From assembly GCF_006345805.1 (NCBI RefSeq), contig NC_043017.1:21204001-21268000 (forward strand): a stretch of DNA of 64,000 nt, in the 5' to 3' direction. The DNA is from Octopus sinensis (lineage: Eukaryota). Numbering within the stretch: the first letter of the stretch is position 1; the number at the start of each line of letters is the position of its first letter. Below are positions 36,554 to 48,645 of this stretch, piece by piece. The translations under genes were made by a program, and so were the position numbers. The notes below the pieces were generated by a model. That model was given only the letters and a program-made list of their open reading frames with translations. It ran no database searches and was not told where the DNA came from.

Positions 36554-36717
36554 ACAAATAAGAAAATGGAGGAACAAATTCATTTCGATCATCAACTTAC
36601 GGATATTACAATTTCATATTATTTATTAATTATACAAATAGGAACATGAAAATCAAACAAATAATATACATCAATATGCAAATTAATAATAAAATAAAAA
36701 TAATACAAATAAACTGC

Positions 36718-36852
36718 TCCTTACAGCTGTTTCAGCCTATGGTCAAGAGACAATCCAACTTACATTGCTCATATATGCCATTGTAGTATAGTCTTAGGAG
36801 GCATTAAAGATTATATTTGTCTGTTTAAATAACGAAAGGCCTCGTCAGAGGA
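36718..36852 (-). ncRNA. Type-I hammerhead-ribozyme-like motif with long stem-II insertion
   Basis: Minus strand UCCU-CUGACGA-GGCCU..(~95 nt)..AGGCU-GAA-AC-AGCU-GU-A|AGGA: complete core, palindromic AGCU loop III. Confidence 0.65.
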
Positions 36853-36914
36853 TATACATAACTACAAAGTTATAATAATAATATTGATATATAAAAAACA
36901 TTCTTCCCATACTA

Positions 36915-37323
36915 TCTTTACTCTCTTTTTTCTCTTTTAATTGTTTCAGTCATTTGAATGCGGCCATGCTGGAGCACCACCTTTAATCGAGCAACTCGAC
37001 CCTGGGACTTATTCTTTGTAAGCCCAGTACTTATTCTATTGGTCTTTTTTGCCGAACCGCTAAGTGACGGGGACATAAACACACCAGCATCGGTTGTCAA
37101 GCAATGCTAGGAGGACAAACACAAACATACATGCACACACACATATACATATATATATACATAAATACGACGGGCTTCTTTCAGTTTCCGTCAACCAAAT
37201 CCACTCACAAGGCTTTGGTCGGCCCGAGGCTATAGTAGAAGACACTTGCCCAAGGTGCCATGCAGTGGGACTGAACCCGGAACCATGTGGTTGGTAAACA
37301 AGCTACTTACCACACAGCCACTC
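36915..37323 (-). mobile_element. SINE family A, full length
   Basis: Reverse complement colinear with A. Confidence 0.92.
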
Positions 37324-37424
37324 TATCCAATAAGAACAAGAAAATAAATGGTAAAACAGATACTCAGAATACAGATATGCAATGATACATGTACACACAC
37401 ACACACACACATATATACATATAT

Positions 37425-37589
37425 AGAAGAGGCTTCTTTCAGTTTCCATCAATGAAATCCACTCACCAGGCTTTCATCAGCCTGTGGCTATAGTAGAAGA
37501 CACTTGCTGAATGTGACCCGCAATGGGACTGAACCTAGAACCATGAGGTTAGGAAGCAAGCTTCTTACCAAACAGCCACACCTGCGCCT
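37425..37589 (-). mobile_element. SINE family A, 5' half
   Basis: Reverse complement of the A head to 'gaaagaagcc'. Confidence 0.8.
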
Positions 37590-37989
37590 ATCTTTATTTA
37601 TATATAAATAATCCAAAAATAAAGCCTCATATTGATCACGTACGTAACCAAACATATTTAGCTCAAGATTCCTCAGACATACATCACAATACTGCAAAAC
37701 ACACACACACACACGTGTGTGTGTATTTATCCGTGTTGAGCAACAGTCGTGTTTTATCTGCAAGGCCAACTTGATATCAAAGGCTACATTAGCTGAAGAA
37801 AGATAGTTTACACAAAGGAAGTGATAAGACAGAGGAGAGATATCTTGGAATCATCCAAACCAGAGATCAAAAAACTCTTTTATGAGCTTCGTATTTTGGT
37901 TTGTTGGCAAATATTTGAAGTTAATTGAATTCTTCCTTTTGTTTTTATTTCTTTGACACCATGCATTTTCTATTTATTTCTTTACATAC

Positions 37990-38147
37990 GTATATTAACA
38001 TTATTGTTATTATTATTATCATTATTATTGTTGTTAGTATTGTCGTTATTATCATTATTATTATTATCATTATTATTGTTGTTAGTATTGTCGTTATTAT
38101 CATTATTATTATTATTATTATTGTTGTTATTAGTATTGTCGTTATTA

Positions 38148-38212
<65 letters not shown>
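37990..38212. repeat. (ATT)n microsatellite with a repeated 'gttagtattgtcgttattatc' interruption
   Basis: Seen directly. Confidence 0.9.
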
Positions 38213-38214
<2 letters not shown>

Positions 38215-39240
38215 GGTGGTGAGCTGGCAGAACCATTAGCTTGCCAGGAAAAATGTTTGGCAGTATTTCATCCGTCTGAGTTCTGAGCTCAAACTCTGCC
38301 GAGGTTGACTTAGCCTTTCTTTCTTTTGCGGGGTTTATAAGTTAAGTACCAGTGAAATACTGGGATCAATGTAATTGATTAGTCCCCTCCCATCAAATTT
38401 CAGGCCTTGTGCCTTTAGTAGAAAGGATTATTATTATTATTGCCATTATTATCATTTTCATCATCATCATCATCATCATCATTATTATTATTATTCATAT
38501 TCTGCCGAGGTCAACTTTGCCTATCATCCTTTCAGGGTCGATAAATTAAGCACCAGCGAAACACCGGGGTCAATGTAATCGACTGGTCCCCTCCCTGCAA
38601 ATTTCGGGCCTTGAGCCTTTAGTAGAAAGGATTATTATTAAGGTGGTGAGCTAACAGAATCGTTAGCATGTCAGGTAAAAGGATCAGTGGCATTACATCT
38701 TTTACCTTTTGAGTTCAAATTCCATCATGGACAACTTTGTCTTTCACCCTTTTTGAGTTGCTAAAATAAGTGCCAGTCAAGCACTGGGATCGATAGAGTC
38801 GAGTAGCCCCTTGCCCTTATTTCAGGCCTTGTGCCTTTAGTAGAAAGGATTATTATTATTATTATTATTATTATTATCATCAAGTTGGAGAGCTGACAGA
38901 CTTGTTACTGTAGCAAGCAAAATGCTTAGAGGCATTTTGTCTGTTCAAATTCTATCAAGGTAAACTTTGCTTTCATCTTTTCAGGGTTGATAGAATATGT
39001 AACAATCAATCACTGGGGTTGATGTAATTAACTTATTCCCTCCCCACAAATTGCTGGACTGCGGCATTTAATTTGCCTTGACATTCTGTGTTCAAATTCC
39101 GCCGAGGTCGACTTTGCCTTTCATCATTCCGGGGTTGATAAATTAAGTACCAGTTACATACTGGGGTCAATCTAATCAGCTAGCCCTATCCGCCAAAATT
39201 TCAGGCCTTGTGCCTTTAATAGAAAGGTTTATTATTTTTT
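38213..39240 (+). mobile_element. Head-to-tail cluster of five SINE B copies
   Basis: Units ~38213-38495, 38499-38640, 38640-38880, 38881-39060, 39061-39240; four end in 'ccttg.gccttta.tagaaagg.tt(att)n'; units differ markedly from one another. Confidence 0.85.
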
Positions 39241-39634
39241 CTTTATCACAGGTTTTGTTGGAGCTCCTAGAGTCTTGCAAGCAGGCTTGCTACCTGCAGC
39301 CTACGGTACCATGCAATCCGTTCTTTTTAGCCATCTAATACCTTCCTGATTATTCTGGCCATGCCAAGGAGGCAAACCTTTTGTAACAGTTCTACTGGGC
39401 ACTCTATTCCAATTTCCTTTATATTCCTCTTAATGCCTTCTGATACTGTTCCCAAAGACCCAACAATAATTGGTACTATCCTCACCTTCTTCATTGTCCA
39501 TAGCTGAGCTATTTTGTTTGCCTTCCTTCTTGACTATTCATAGGTCAAAGGCGCATACAACATCAACTATATAGCATATGTGGTACCTCTTATCAACCAC
39601 CACTAGGCCTGGTCTGTTATGCTCTAACACCTGT
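39241..39634 (-). mobile_element. R4/Dong-like retrotransposon 3' fragment with restriction-like endonuclease domain
   Basis: Minus strand HNRPGLVVVDK...CYIVDVVCAFD / LWTMKKVRIVPIIVGSLGTV...LLQKVCLLGMARIIRKVLDG* (stop 39329-39327); matches the PD..D RLE motif; internal stop and deletion. Confidence 0.88.
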
Positions 39635-39740
39635 ATTATTATTATTATTATTATTATTATAATTATTATTATAATTATAATTATGATTATTATTATCATT
39701 ATAATTATTATTATTATTATCATTATAATTATTATTATTA

Positions 39741-39774
<34 letters not shown>

Positions 39775-39860
39775 CAATCTAATTATTATTATTATCATTA
39801 TTATTATTATTAATATTATCATCATTATTATTATTATCATTATTGTTATTTATATTATTT
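39634..39860. repeat. (ATT)n microsatellite at the 5' junction of the R4-like fragment
   Basis: Seen directly. Confidence 0.92.
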
Positions 39861-40155
39861 AGTTGTTGCTACAATTTTTGTTAAGTAAATGATTTCTGTG
39901 AAGTATCTGAAATTTCTGTTACATAAAACAAGGCTGCCAGACATATGTTTACAAATAATTTCTCCGCACAGTTACAAAGATTTCCTTTGAAATTCACTGA
40001 ATTTTTATTTACTTATTCCTTTACTTTTATCTTTTCATCAATTTTCATTTACAATATCGCAGAGAAATGTTGTGTTGCAAACATTAAATGTGTTAATATC
40101 ATAATTAGAAATAAACTCCCTCTCTGCTCTCTTCTCCTTCCTTCTCTCACTGCAG

Positions 40156-40218
40156 CCATTTCAATAATAAAATATGTCTGCCTTTAGATGAGAAATTATT
40201 TAAAAGACTCCACAACCA
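40156..40218 (+). CDS. Candidate 63-nt symmetric (phase 2-2) coding exon of an unidentified gene
   Basis: Long pyrimidine tract ending 'ctctcactgcag|', donor 'CCA|gtaagc'; only one open frame, HFNNKICLPLDEKLFKRLHN. Confidence 0.55.
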
Positions 40219-40409
40219 GTAAGCTCGTTGATCCATGTAGTGTTAGCTTTGGGTAACGAGGTTTTTTCCCTTAAACTTACACCTATAATTCTTTAGTTCA
40301 TACTCGACAGATATTAGAAGCAAACATGTTTTCATATATGTCACTTTACTATATGCGTGTGCACATCTGCTTATGTAGGTATTTAGGTCTGTATGTATGC
40401 ATATATATA

Positions 40410-40853
40410 TGTATTTGTTCGTCTCCCCGTGGCCTTTAGGCACAACTTCACAAGCCAGCCCCATACTCAAATCGTCCTGTCGAAAGACCCTTGTCCTACG
40501 TCCTGGTTTTGTTTTGTTGTTTATTTTTTATTTTTACCGTTATTGTTTTTACGTTTTTGTATTCTTATTGGTGTCACGTATTCTGTATTTTTGTTTGTGT
40601 ACTTCGATCGTTTTCCGTCCTTTCGTTGTATACATTCGAAGCTTTCTTCCAGGGGATCTAATGCGCTTGGCTTAGATTTCCCTTGGCGGGCTGGCCATAT
40701 CGGAGCAATCTCAAGATTAATCAGCCGAAATTGCTAAGATGATCTGGTTCTTGACTGATGACTGAGGGCTTCGAATGTCCCGTCCTGTGGTTCTTGTGTC
40801 GTCTCTGTGGTGTTTCATGTTCTTGTCCATGTCTGTAATTATTTTTACTGTTT
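40410..40853 (+). mobile_element. Family H dispersed repeat, longer copy
   Basis: 3' part matches 20631-20753; bounded by (TA)n. Confidence 0.6.
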
Positions 40854-40854
40854 A

Positions 40855-40923
<69 letters not shown>

Positions 40924-41162
40924 ATACAGATAAAAGGTGAAATATAATTAATTTAATAAAATCAACGAATTTCACCAAGTAGTGTTTCGGCATGGAAAAG
41001 GACCATATTCGGTAAGAGTTAATATAATTATAACAATGAGGGTCTTTGCAACAAGTTGCTAGACCACATACCAAAAGTATTAGAAATAGCAGCCAGATGA
41101 CTGTCATTTCCTTTTACTACAAAAATATGTCTCCACAGACAACAGTATTTGTAACTCATTAT

Positions 41163-41575
41163 GTGGCAGGAGTGGCTGTGTGGTAAGTAGCTTGCTAACC
41201 AACCACATGGTTCCGGGTTCAGTCCCACTGCGTGGCATCTTGGGCAAGTGTCTTCTGCTATAGCCCTGGGCCGACCAATGCCTTGTGAGTGGATTTGGTA
41301 GACGGAAACTGAAAGAAGCCTGTAGTATATATGTATATATATATATATGCATGTGTGTGTTTGTGTGTCTGTGTTTGTCCCCCTCGCCTTGCTTGACAAC
41401 CAATGCTGGTGTGTTTATGTCCCCGTCACTTAGCGGTTCGGCAAAAGAGACCGATAGAATAAGTACTGGGTTTACAAAGAATAAGTCCCAGGGTCGATTT
41501 GATCGACTAAAGGCGGTGCTCCAGCATGGCCACAGTCAAATGACTGAAACAAGTAAAAGAGTAAAAGAGAGAGAG
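41163..41575 (+). mobile_element. SINE family A, full length
   Basis: Colinear with A. Confidence 0.92.
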
Positions 41576-42191
41576 AGTCCACGGTCAATTATGGACATAC
41601 GTTTCTGGATTAGAATCAGAAATGGCTGATGTGTGTTCATATGTTTATGTGTATCTGTGTCTGCTTACGTCCGTATTTATTTATGTATGTATGTATACAT
41701 ATACATTTGAACGGGTGTATCCATGTCTGTGTATGTATTTGTGAATATAATACATGGATGTTTGTATCTGTGTGTATTTGCATACACGCGAGAAAGAAAG
41801 TTTCTTCAAAAATTTAAAACCTTTACATATGTTTAGTCAGCAATAACAACATTAGCCATACTCGTTTATATGTTCAAACTTTTAAGAAGTATATAACTCA
41901 TCAAAAATATACCATCATCATCATCATCATCGTCATCATCATTTTAACGTCCACTTTTCTATGCCTGAATGGGTCAGATGGAGATAACTGAGGTAGACGT
42001 TTTAGGGAGCTTAGTGTAGCCTCCTGGCTTGCCAGTCCTTAGTCAAACCGTCCAACCCATGCCAGCATGGAAAGGGGACATTAAACAATGATGATATATA
42101 TAAGCTAAAGTAGTGAGGAAAGACAAATAGTTAGGAAAGACTTGATAAGGACATTTAGGTTATTAAGTTATGTCAGTATTTGTTCCCTCAT

Positions 42192-42429
42192 TACCTACTT
42201 CTTTACTACCCACAAGGGGCTAAACACAGAGAGGACAAACAAGGCCAGACAAACGGATTAAGTCAATTACATTGACCCCAGTGCGTAACTGGTACTTAAT
42301 TTATCGACCCCGAAAGGATGAAAGGCAAAGTCGACCTCGGTGGAATTTGAACCCAGAACGTAATGGCAGACGAAATACGGCTACGCATTTCGCCCGGCGT
42401 GCTAACGTTTCTGCCAGCTCGCCGCCTTT
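42192..42429 (-). mobile_element. SINE family B, young copy
   Basis: CpG-rich, full length. Confidence 0.9.
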
Positions 42430-42436
42430 GTTCCTT

Positions 42437-42580
42437 CATTACTTAGCAGTTCAACATGAGAGATCGATAGAATAAATACCGGGCTTTAAAAAGTAAATCC
42501 TGGAGTTGATTCGTTCAACTAAAACCATTCGAAGCAGTGCCCCAGTATGGCCGCACTCTAATGGCTGAAGCAATTAAAAT
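42437..42580 (+). mobile_element. SINE family A, 3' part
   Basis: Matches the A 3' half. Confidence 0.7.
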
Positions 42581-42999
42581 ATATTGTGAAAGAGAGAGAG
42601 GGAGAGATGGAAAGAGATATACACAGAGAAAGAGAGGGATGAGGGAGAGAGGAATGAAGAGAGGTGAAACACGACAAGAAATTCAACAAACCTCTTCCTA
42701 TTAAGTGACAAAATGTAATTCTACTGGAAGACACTTTTTTTACAATATTTTCTCCTTATAATATCTAACACACACACACACATACACACACCACAGACAC
42801 ACATATCTTGGGAATTGGATAAAATATCTATTATTTCCTTTCCCAAATGAGATCACAACCTTTGAAATAGATTTTATTAATTTGATTTTTGTTGTAAGAC
42901 CCTATATATATATATGTGTGTGTGTGTATACACACACACACACACATAGTTTTATATATATATATTATATATATATATAGATAATATATATATATATAT

Positions 43000-43200
43000 A
43001 TCACTAGTCGCCATGATAGATCATTAGCCACTACATACATTTTTTTCTTTCCTTGTTTTTTCTGTGTCCCTTTCTGTAGAAGAGCGTAGGGTCGAAACGT
43101 AAAAGACTTTTTCTATTCCTGAGCATTATACTAATACATCTGTTTGTTTTGTACACCACCTGTCTTCGTCTTTGGTTAATTTCGTAAACTCTCCCTACAC
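43000..43200 (+). mobile_element. Family P1 copy 2, hammerhead-like motif at 43069-43107
   Basis: CUUU-CUGUAGA-A-GAGC-GUAG-GGUC-GAA-ACGU-A|AAAG; flanked by (TA)n. Confidence 0.7.
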
Positions 43201-43234
43201 ATATATATATATATATATATACACACACATACAT

Positions 43235-43647
43235 ACATCTCTTCGCATCTTTCTTGGATATACGAGCAATGCTAGAAAGAATCATTGAAATGAGTTATTG
43301 ATGATGGAATGTGAGGCCCTTGTATGACTTTTGAGCCCCAGCCAAAGATAATGCACGGCTGTGCTCGCTGGCAGAAGGACCAGGTGCCACAGTATGAACT
43401 CTTTTGACATACCTTTTCAGTCCTCCAACTGAGAGGCACAACTTTCCACAGGTTGCACATGTTGTGTGGTGAACAATAACCCTATCACAATTTACCATGG
43501 TTCGATTCCTATGAGTTCTCTGAGGGCTGACCAGGTCTGCATGGCTCAAGCATTTCCTCCCACAAAGAACACACACAAGAAGCAACACTCTTTCATTTTC
43601 CACAGAATCATTCCTTCTAAGCTTTCTCCTAATCTTCTGACACACTA
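43235..43647 (-). mobile_element. Probable RTE-type LINE 3' end with two C-terminal zinc-finger-like motifs
   Basis: ORF 43295-43645: CVLCGRKCLSHADLVSPQRTH and CATCGKLCLSVGGLKRYVKRVH, followed by a short 3' segment and an (ATGT)n tail. Confidence 0.55.
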
Positions 43648-43648
43648 G

Positions 43649-43679
<31 letters not shown>

Positions 43680-43681
<2 letters not shown>

Positions 43682-43972
43682 AGAGTAAACACATAAATGT
43701 GAAACAAGCTGGAGAAAAGAGTACTCAAATACCAGTGGTAGAGTAATATGCTTTAAATAAAGTATATATATATATATATATAGAAATACAATAAGAGGCT
43801 TCCAAATAGGAAAGCCTTGTGCTAGAAAGAGCAGTAGAAAACTCAAACCACCAAATAAGAATAAATTCTCGAAAGGAATGAAAATTAAAAACGTTTACCA
43901 TCTCAATTATTTCCCAGACCATGGTTTCTAACTATTTCCAGCAAAACAATATTCGCTGAAGGCCAGTTTCAT
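43680..43972. mobile_element. Family G repeat, second copy (partial hammerhead half on the minus strand)
   Basis: Minus strand 'aaactggcc...agttagaaaccatggtctgggaa' parallels 5703-5767. Confidence 0.6.
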
Positions 43973-44469
43973 ATACACACACACACACCACACACAGATG
44001 CAGGTTAAATAATGCATTTATACATAAGTTAATGTACCTGTATATGCACACACACAGATGCCTAAGTAATTGCGTATGCATGAATGTATGGATACGTGTG
44101 GAGATTAATTAAAGGAAAAATGTTTACGGAAAAATAACTGCGAAAGATTCCCAGAAGAAACAAGAGTTTTCGACAAGCGATAATTTTTGCAAAGGTTTGT
44201 GTTATACTTAGAGTAACAAAAAAAACAAAACAAAAAAAAAAACAGAAAGAAAACGTAGAAAATTAAACAAGAACAACAACAACGACAAAAAAGAACCAGT
44301 AACATTCTAAAAAAAAACATAATTAAAAACAAAAAGAATAATATTTATTACCGAAAAAAACCACTAATTCTCCTCACTTCGAATAAGCAAATAAAATAAA
44401 AATGATTCTATACTAATCAATACAATTAGAGAAATATTTTGTGTTTCATTTATGGTTTTTATTCATCAC

Positions 44470-44520
44470 ATTGAATATACATACATTATATGTATGTATG
44501 TGTCTGTATATGTGTGTGTG

Positions 44521-44564
<44 letters not shown>

Positions 44565-44566
44565 CA

Positions 44567-44599
<33 letters not shown>

Positions 44600-44820
44600 G
44601 TATGTATGTATGTATGCATGCATGTTTATATATATATATATGTATGTGTATATATATATATGTGAGTGTATGTATATATATGTATGTATGCGTATGTATA
44701 TGTATATATATATGCGTATGTGTGTATATATTATATATGTGTGTGTGTGTATGTGTGTGCATGTGTGTGTGTGTATATATATATATAATATATATAATAT
44801 ATATATATATATGTATATTT
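44470..44820. repeat. (TA)n/(TACA)n/(GT)n block
   Basis: Seen directly. Confidence 0.9.
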
Positions 44821-45134
44821 TTTCTACTGTAGTGCAAGCATTTCTTTTCGTTTCGTATTACGTCAGAAGAATAGCAATTTTTAGATTTTTATTTTCATTT
44901 TCGTTTCTGTAATTTATTTCCAATAACACTCTCTATAAATATGATTATGTTGTCTTACTACTACTATTACTACTACTATTACAACAACAACAATTTAGTG
45001 TTAAAAATAGGTTTAATATATTTAATTATCCGATTATTTATGTTTGCTTATTTTATATGCACCTTCGCATATTCTTTATATATATATATATATATACATA
45101 CATACAAACACACACACACACACACATAATAGGA

Positions 45135-45605
45135 ATCATCAGTACTCTAAAGAAAAGACAAAATGCTTAGCAGTATATCCTCTGGATCTTTAAGTACTGA
45201 GTTCAAATTCTGTGCTATTTATTCTTTCAAGGTCAAAAGTAGCAGCTGAGCACCAGTGGTCAATGTGATCGACTTAGCCCCCCACCGCTCCTCCTCAAAA
45301 TTGCTGGCCTTGTACCAAAATCAGAAACCGTTATTATCATCATTATACATTTCTGTCAATTTATTTTACTTTTGTTCTTCCTCTTAGTATTATCACTATA
45401 GAAGGCGGTAACTTGATGGAATACCTACCATGGCTTTATAGTTCTGAGCTCAAACTCAGCCAAGATCAAATTTGATTTTCATCCTTCAAGGGGTCGATAA
45501 AATAAGTACCAGTTAAGCACTGGGTTTCATGTAATCGAATCACCCTCTCCCACAAAACTACAAGCCTTGTGCCTAGAGTAAGAAGGAGCATTATTTTTAT
45601 TAATA
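45135..45605 (+). mobile_element. Two diverged SINE B copies in tandem
   Basis: B cores at ~45195-45330 and ~45440-45590. Confidence 0.7.
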
Positions 45606-45842
45606 TGCTATCTACTTTTATTTCATTTCCCCCTCCGTTCCCTTTCATCGCTTCATCTCTCATGTAACTCAGCCACAAAATATTCTATGCTCTCTTTTTT
45701 AATGTCCTTCTCAACTGATGGCCCCTTTGGTAAATAAAGGAAATCCTTATAATCATGACTACTAGTTAAGTTTATTCAACTACCTTTTGTTATAATATCA
45801 TAATTTACTAAACAATATTTGTATATTGTTATACTCTATTAC

Positions 45843-45898
<56 letters not shown>

Positions 45899-45929
45899 AT
45901 ATATATATATATATATGCATGTGTATGTA

Positions 45930-46195
45930 TCACCATCATCATCGTTTAACGTCCATTTTCCATGCTGGCACGGGTTGGACGGTTCGACTGGGGTCTGGGA
46001 AGCCAGGAGGCTGCACTAGGCTCCAGTCTGATGGGGCAGTGTTTCTACAGCTGGATGGCCTTCCTAATGCCAATCACTCAGAGAGTAGTGGGTGCTTTTT
46101 ACGTGTAACCAGCACAGGGACCAGAGGGGCTGGCAATGACCATGGTTGGATGGGGCTTTTTACGTGCCACCGGCACGAGAATCACAACTACAATT
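45930..46195 (-). mobile_element. Family C
   Basis: (CAT)n + 'cgtttaacgtccattttccatgctggc...'. Confidence 0.85.
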
Positions 46196-46201
46196 TCCAT
46201 T

Positions 46202-46263
<62 letters not shown>

Positions 46264-46311
46264 TATATGTATGTATATATATATGTTTGTGTGTGAACAC
46301 ATGTATGAATG

Positions 46312-46355
<44 letters not shown>

Positions 46356-46854
46356 GTATATGTATGTATATATAAATATCTATATCTATCTATCTCTATA
46401 TATATATGTATGTATACACACAGACACACACACACACACACATATATTCTTCTTGTAATTCTGTTCTGTTTGTTCAATATTCTAGGAACCAACTCTTCTA
46501 CACATTAAACTACCAAAAGAAGAAAAAAACAAACAAAAACCCCCAATAAAACCCAAACAACTGAGATATTTTCATTAATCTGTTCTAATAACAACAGCAC
46601 ATTTTCCAATTAGTTTTTAGCAATTATGTTTTTGCTTGGAGATTGTTAAATCATTATTCCTCGTTACGAGTGGGATAATAATAATTCATAGCAAGCACTG
46701 ACCCTCCTCCTCCTCCTCCTACATCCCTCATCACTCTGATAAGGGGTTGTATCGAATTCTTTTTACATTCGAAGACTTTTCTCATAAAATCAAAAATTTT
46801 TCCTCCTGCAGCACTCGCATACAAACAGATGTTGCAATTCCTCAAATTTTGTGT

Positions 46855-46890
<36 letters not shown>

Positions 46891-47114
46891 GTGCATATGT
46901 GTGTGTATACGTGTATGAATATGTATATACATGTACTTCACAAACACGTGACTAAATATATACACATATTTTGTGTATGTACATACGTGTGTGCGTGTTC
47001 ATGTGTGTGTATGTGCATGTGTGTGTGAGTGTTTGTGGATGTATGTATAGCTATTTATCGGTATGAGTGTTTACATACATATATACACACATGTATATAT
47101 GTGTGTGTGTATAT

Positions 47115-47455
47115 ATTTTTATTCTTTTACTTGTTTCGGTCATTTAACTGTGGCCATGCCGGAGCACCGCCTTGAAGCATTTTAATCAGACAGTTTGACC
47201 CTCAGACTTCTTTTTAAGCCTAGTACTTATTCCATTGGTTGCTTTGCCATACCACTAAGTTACAGGGATGTAAACAAACCAATACCCGTTCCTAAGCAAT
47301 GATGGGAGGACAGACACAAACACACACACACACACACATTTATATATACAACGAGCTTCTTTCAGTTTCCATCTATCAAATCCACTCAAAAGGATTTGGT
47401 CGTGAACCAGGAACCATGTGGTTGGGAAGCAAGCTACTGACCACACAGTCACTTT
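47115..47455 (-). mobile_element. SINE family A with internal deletion
   Basis: Jumps from 'ggatttggtcg' to 'tgaaccaggaacc'. Confidence 0.8.
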
Positions 47456-47514
47456 TACCTTTTCTTTCATCTTCTTCTTGGTTCAGTGATTACACTGCAG
47501 CCATTATGGGGTAC

Positions 47515-47862
47515 ATCATCATCATCATCATCATCGTTTAGCATCCGTTCTCCATGCTAGCATGGGTTGGACGGTTCGACCAGAGATCTGGGAAGCCAGA
47601 AGGCTGCACCAGACTCCAGTCTGATCTGGCAGTGTTTCTACAGCTGGATGCCTTTCCTAACACCAACCACTCCGTGAGTGTAGTGGGTGCTTTTTACGTG
47701 CCACAGACACAGGTGCCAAGCGAGGCTGGCACAGTCATGATTGGATTGGTGCTTTTTACGTGCCACCAGCATGGAAGCCAGTCAAGGCGGCGCTGGCATC
47801 GGCCACGTTCGGATGGTGATTTTTACGTGCCACCTGCATCGAAGCCAGTCTAGGCGGCACAG
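47515..47862 (-). mobile_element. Family C with three internal tandem units
   Basis: 'tttttacgtgccac' at ~47692, ~47753 and ~47820. Confidence 0.88.
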
Positions 47863-47967
47863 GCAATTCTGAAGAATCTTAGTTGAATGAATCAACCCCA
47901 GTGGTAGATGGAGATGATATGTTTGGGTTTCCTGGTATTTGGGAATATTGTCTAAGAGCACCTTTCA

Positions 47968-48120
47968 GTGGTGAAGGCACATGGCACAGTGGTTAGAGCA
48001 CTGGGCTCACAATCATGAGATAGTGTGTTTGATTCCTGAACCGCTCTAGGGCCGATATAATTGTCTAGCCCCTTCCCTCAAAATTTCAGGCCTTTAGGCC
48101 TGTAGTAGAAAGGATTATTA
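47968..48120 (+). mobile_element. tRNA-like SINE head followed by a SINE B 3' end
   Basis: 'gaaggcacatggcacagtggttagag...gattcctgaaccg' then 'aaaatttcaggcc...gtagaaaggattatta'. Confidence 0.55.
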
Positions 48121-48474
48121 GTGCTATCATCAACAGACAATATTTTCAAAATAGCTTCTCTGATTTTGGAAAGGAGGCAGTAAATAAATTGGCCATTTAT
48201 TTCTCCAGGTATCAACAGAAATTTCATCTCCATATTTCTATACTTTCCAAACCACTGAACTCAGCCAAGCAACTAACAAATCGAACGGCACTCACTCAGA
48301 AATATAAAGGAGAGAAAAGACTTTCTCGCAGACATTGCTAAGGAATGTCAATTCTTCAATATTATACAAGTGTTTTATGTTAAGTTGTCAAATGCATTCA
48401 TATAAATAGTTTCATCTAGATAGAGATATATATCCACACACACACACATATATGAATATGTATGTATGTGTGTG

Positions 48475-48533
<59 letters not shown>

Positions 48534-48598
48534 GTATATATATGGAGAACGGACGTTAAACGACGATGATGATGATGATGATAGATAGATATAGATAG

Positions 48599-48645
<47 letters not shown>

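Noticed and set aside
43295-43645. Host C2H2 zinc-finger gene fragment
   Set aside because: No TGEKP linkers, degenerate His ligands and a retroposon-like simple-repeat tail; treated as an RTE-type 3' end instead.
44845-44875. Minus-strand 'ttcttctgacgtaatacgaaacgaaaagaa', a hammerhead-like string (similar weak strings near 40990 and 49445)
   Set aside because: Core incomplete (A9 or the NUH triplet missing) and no second copy to support the fold.
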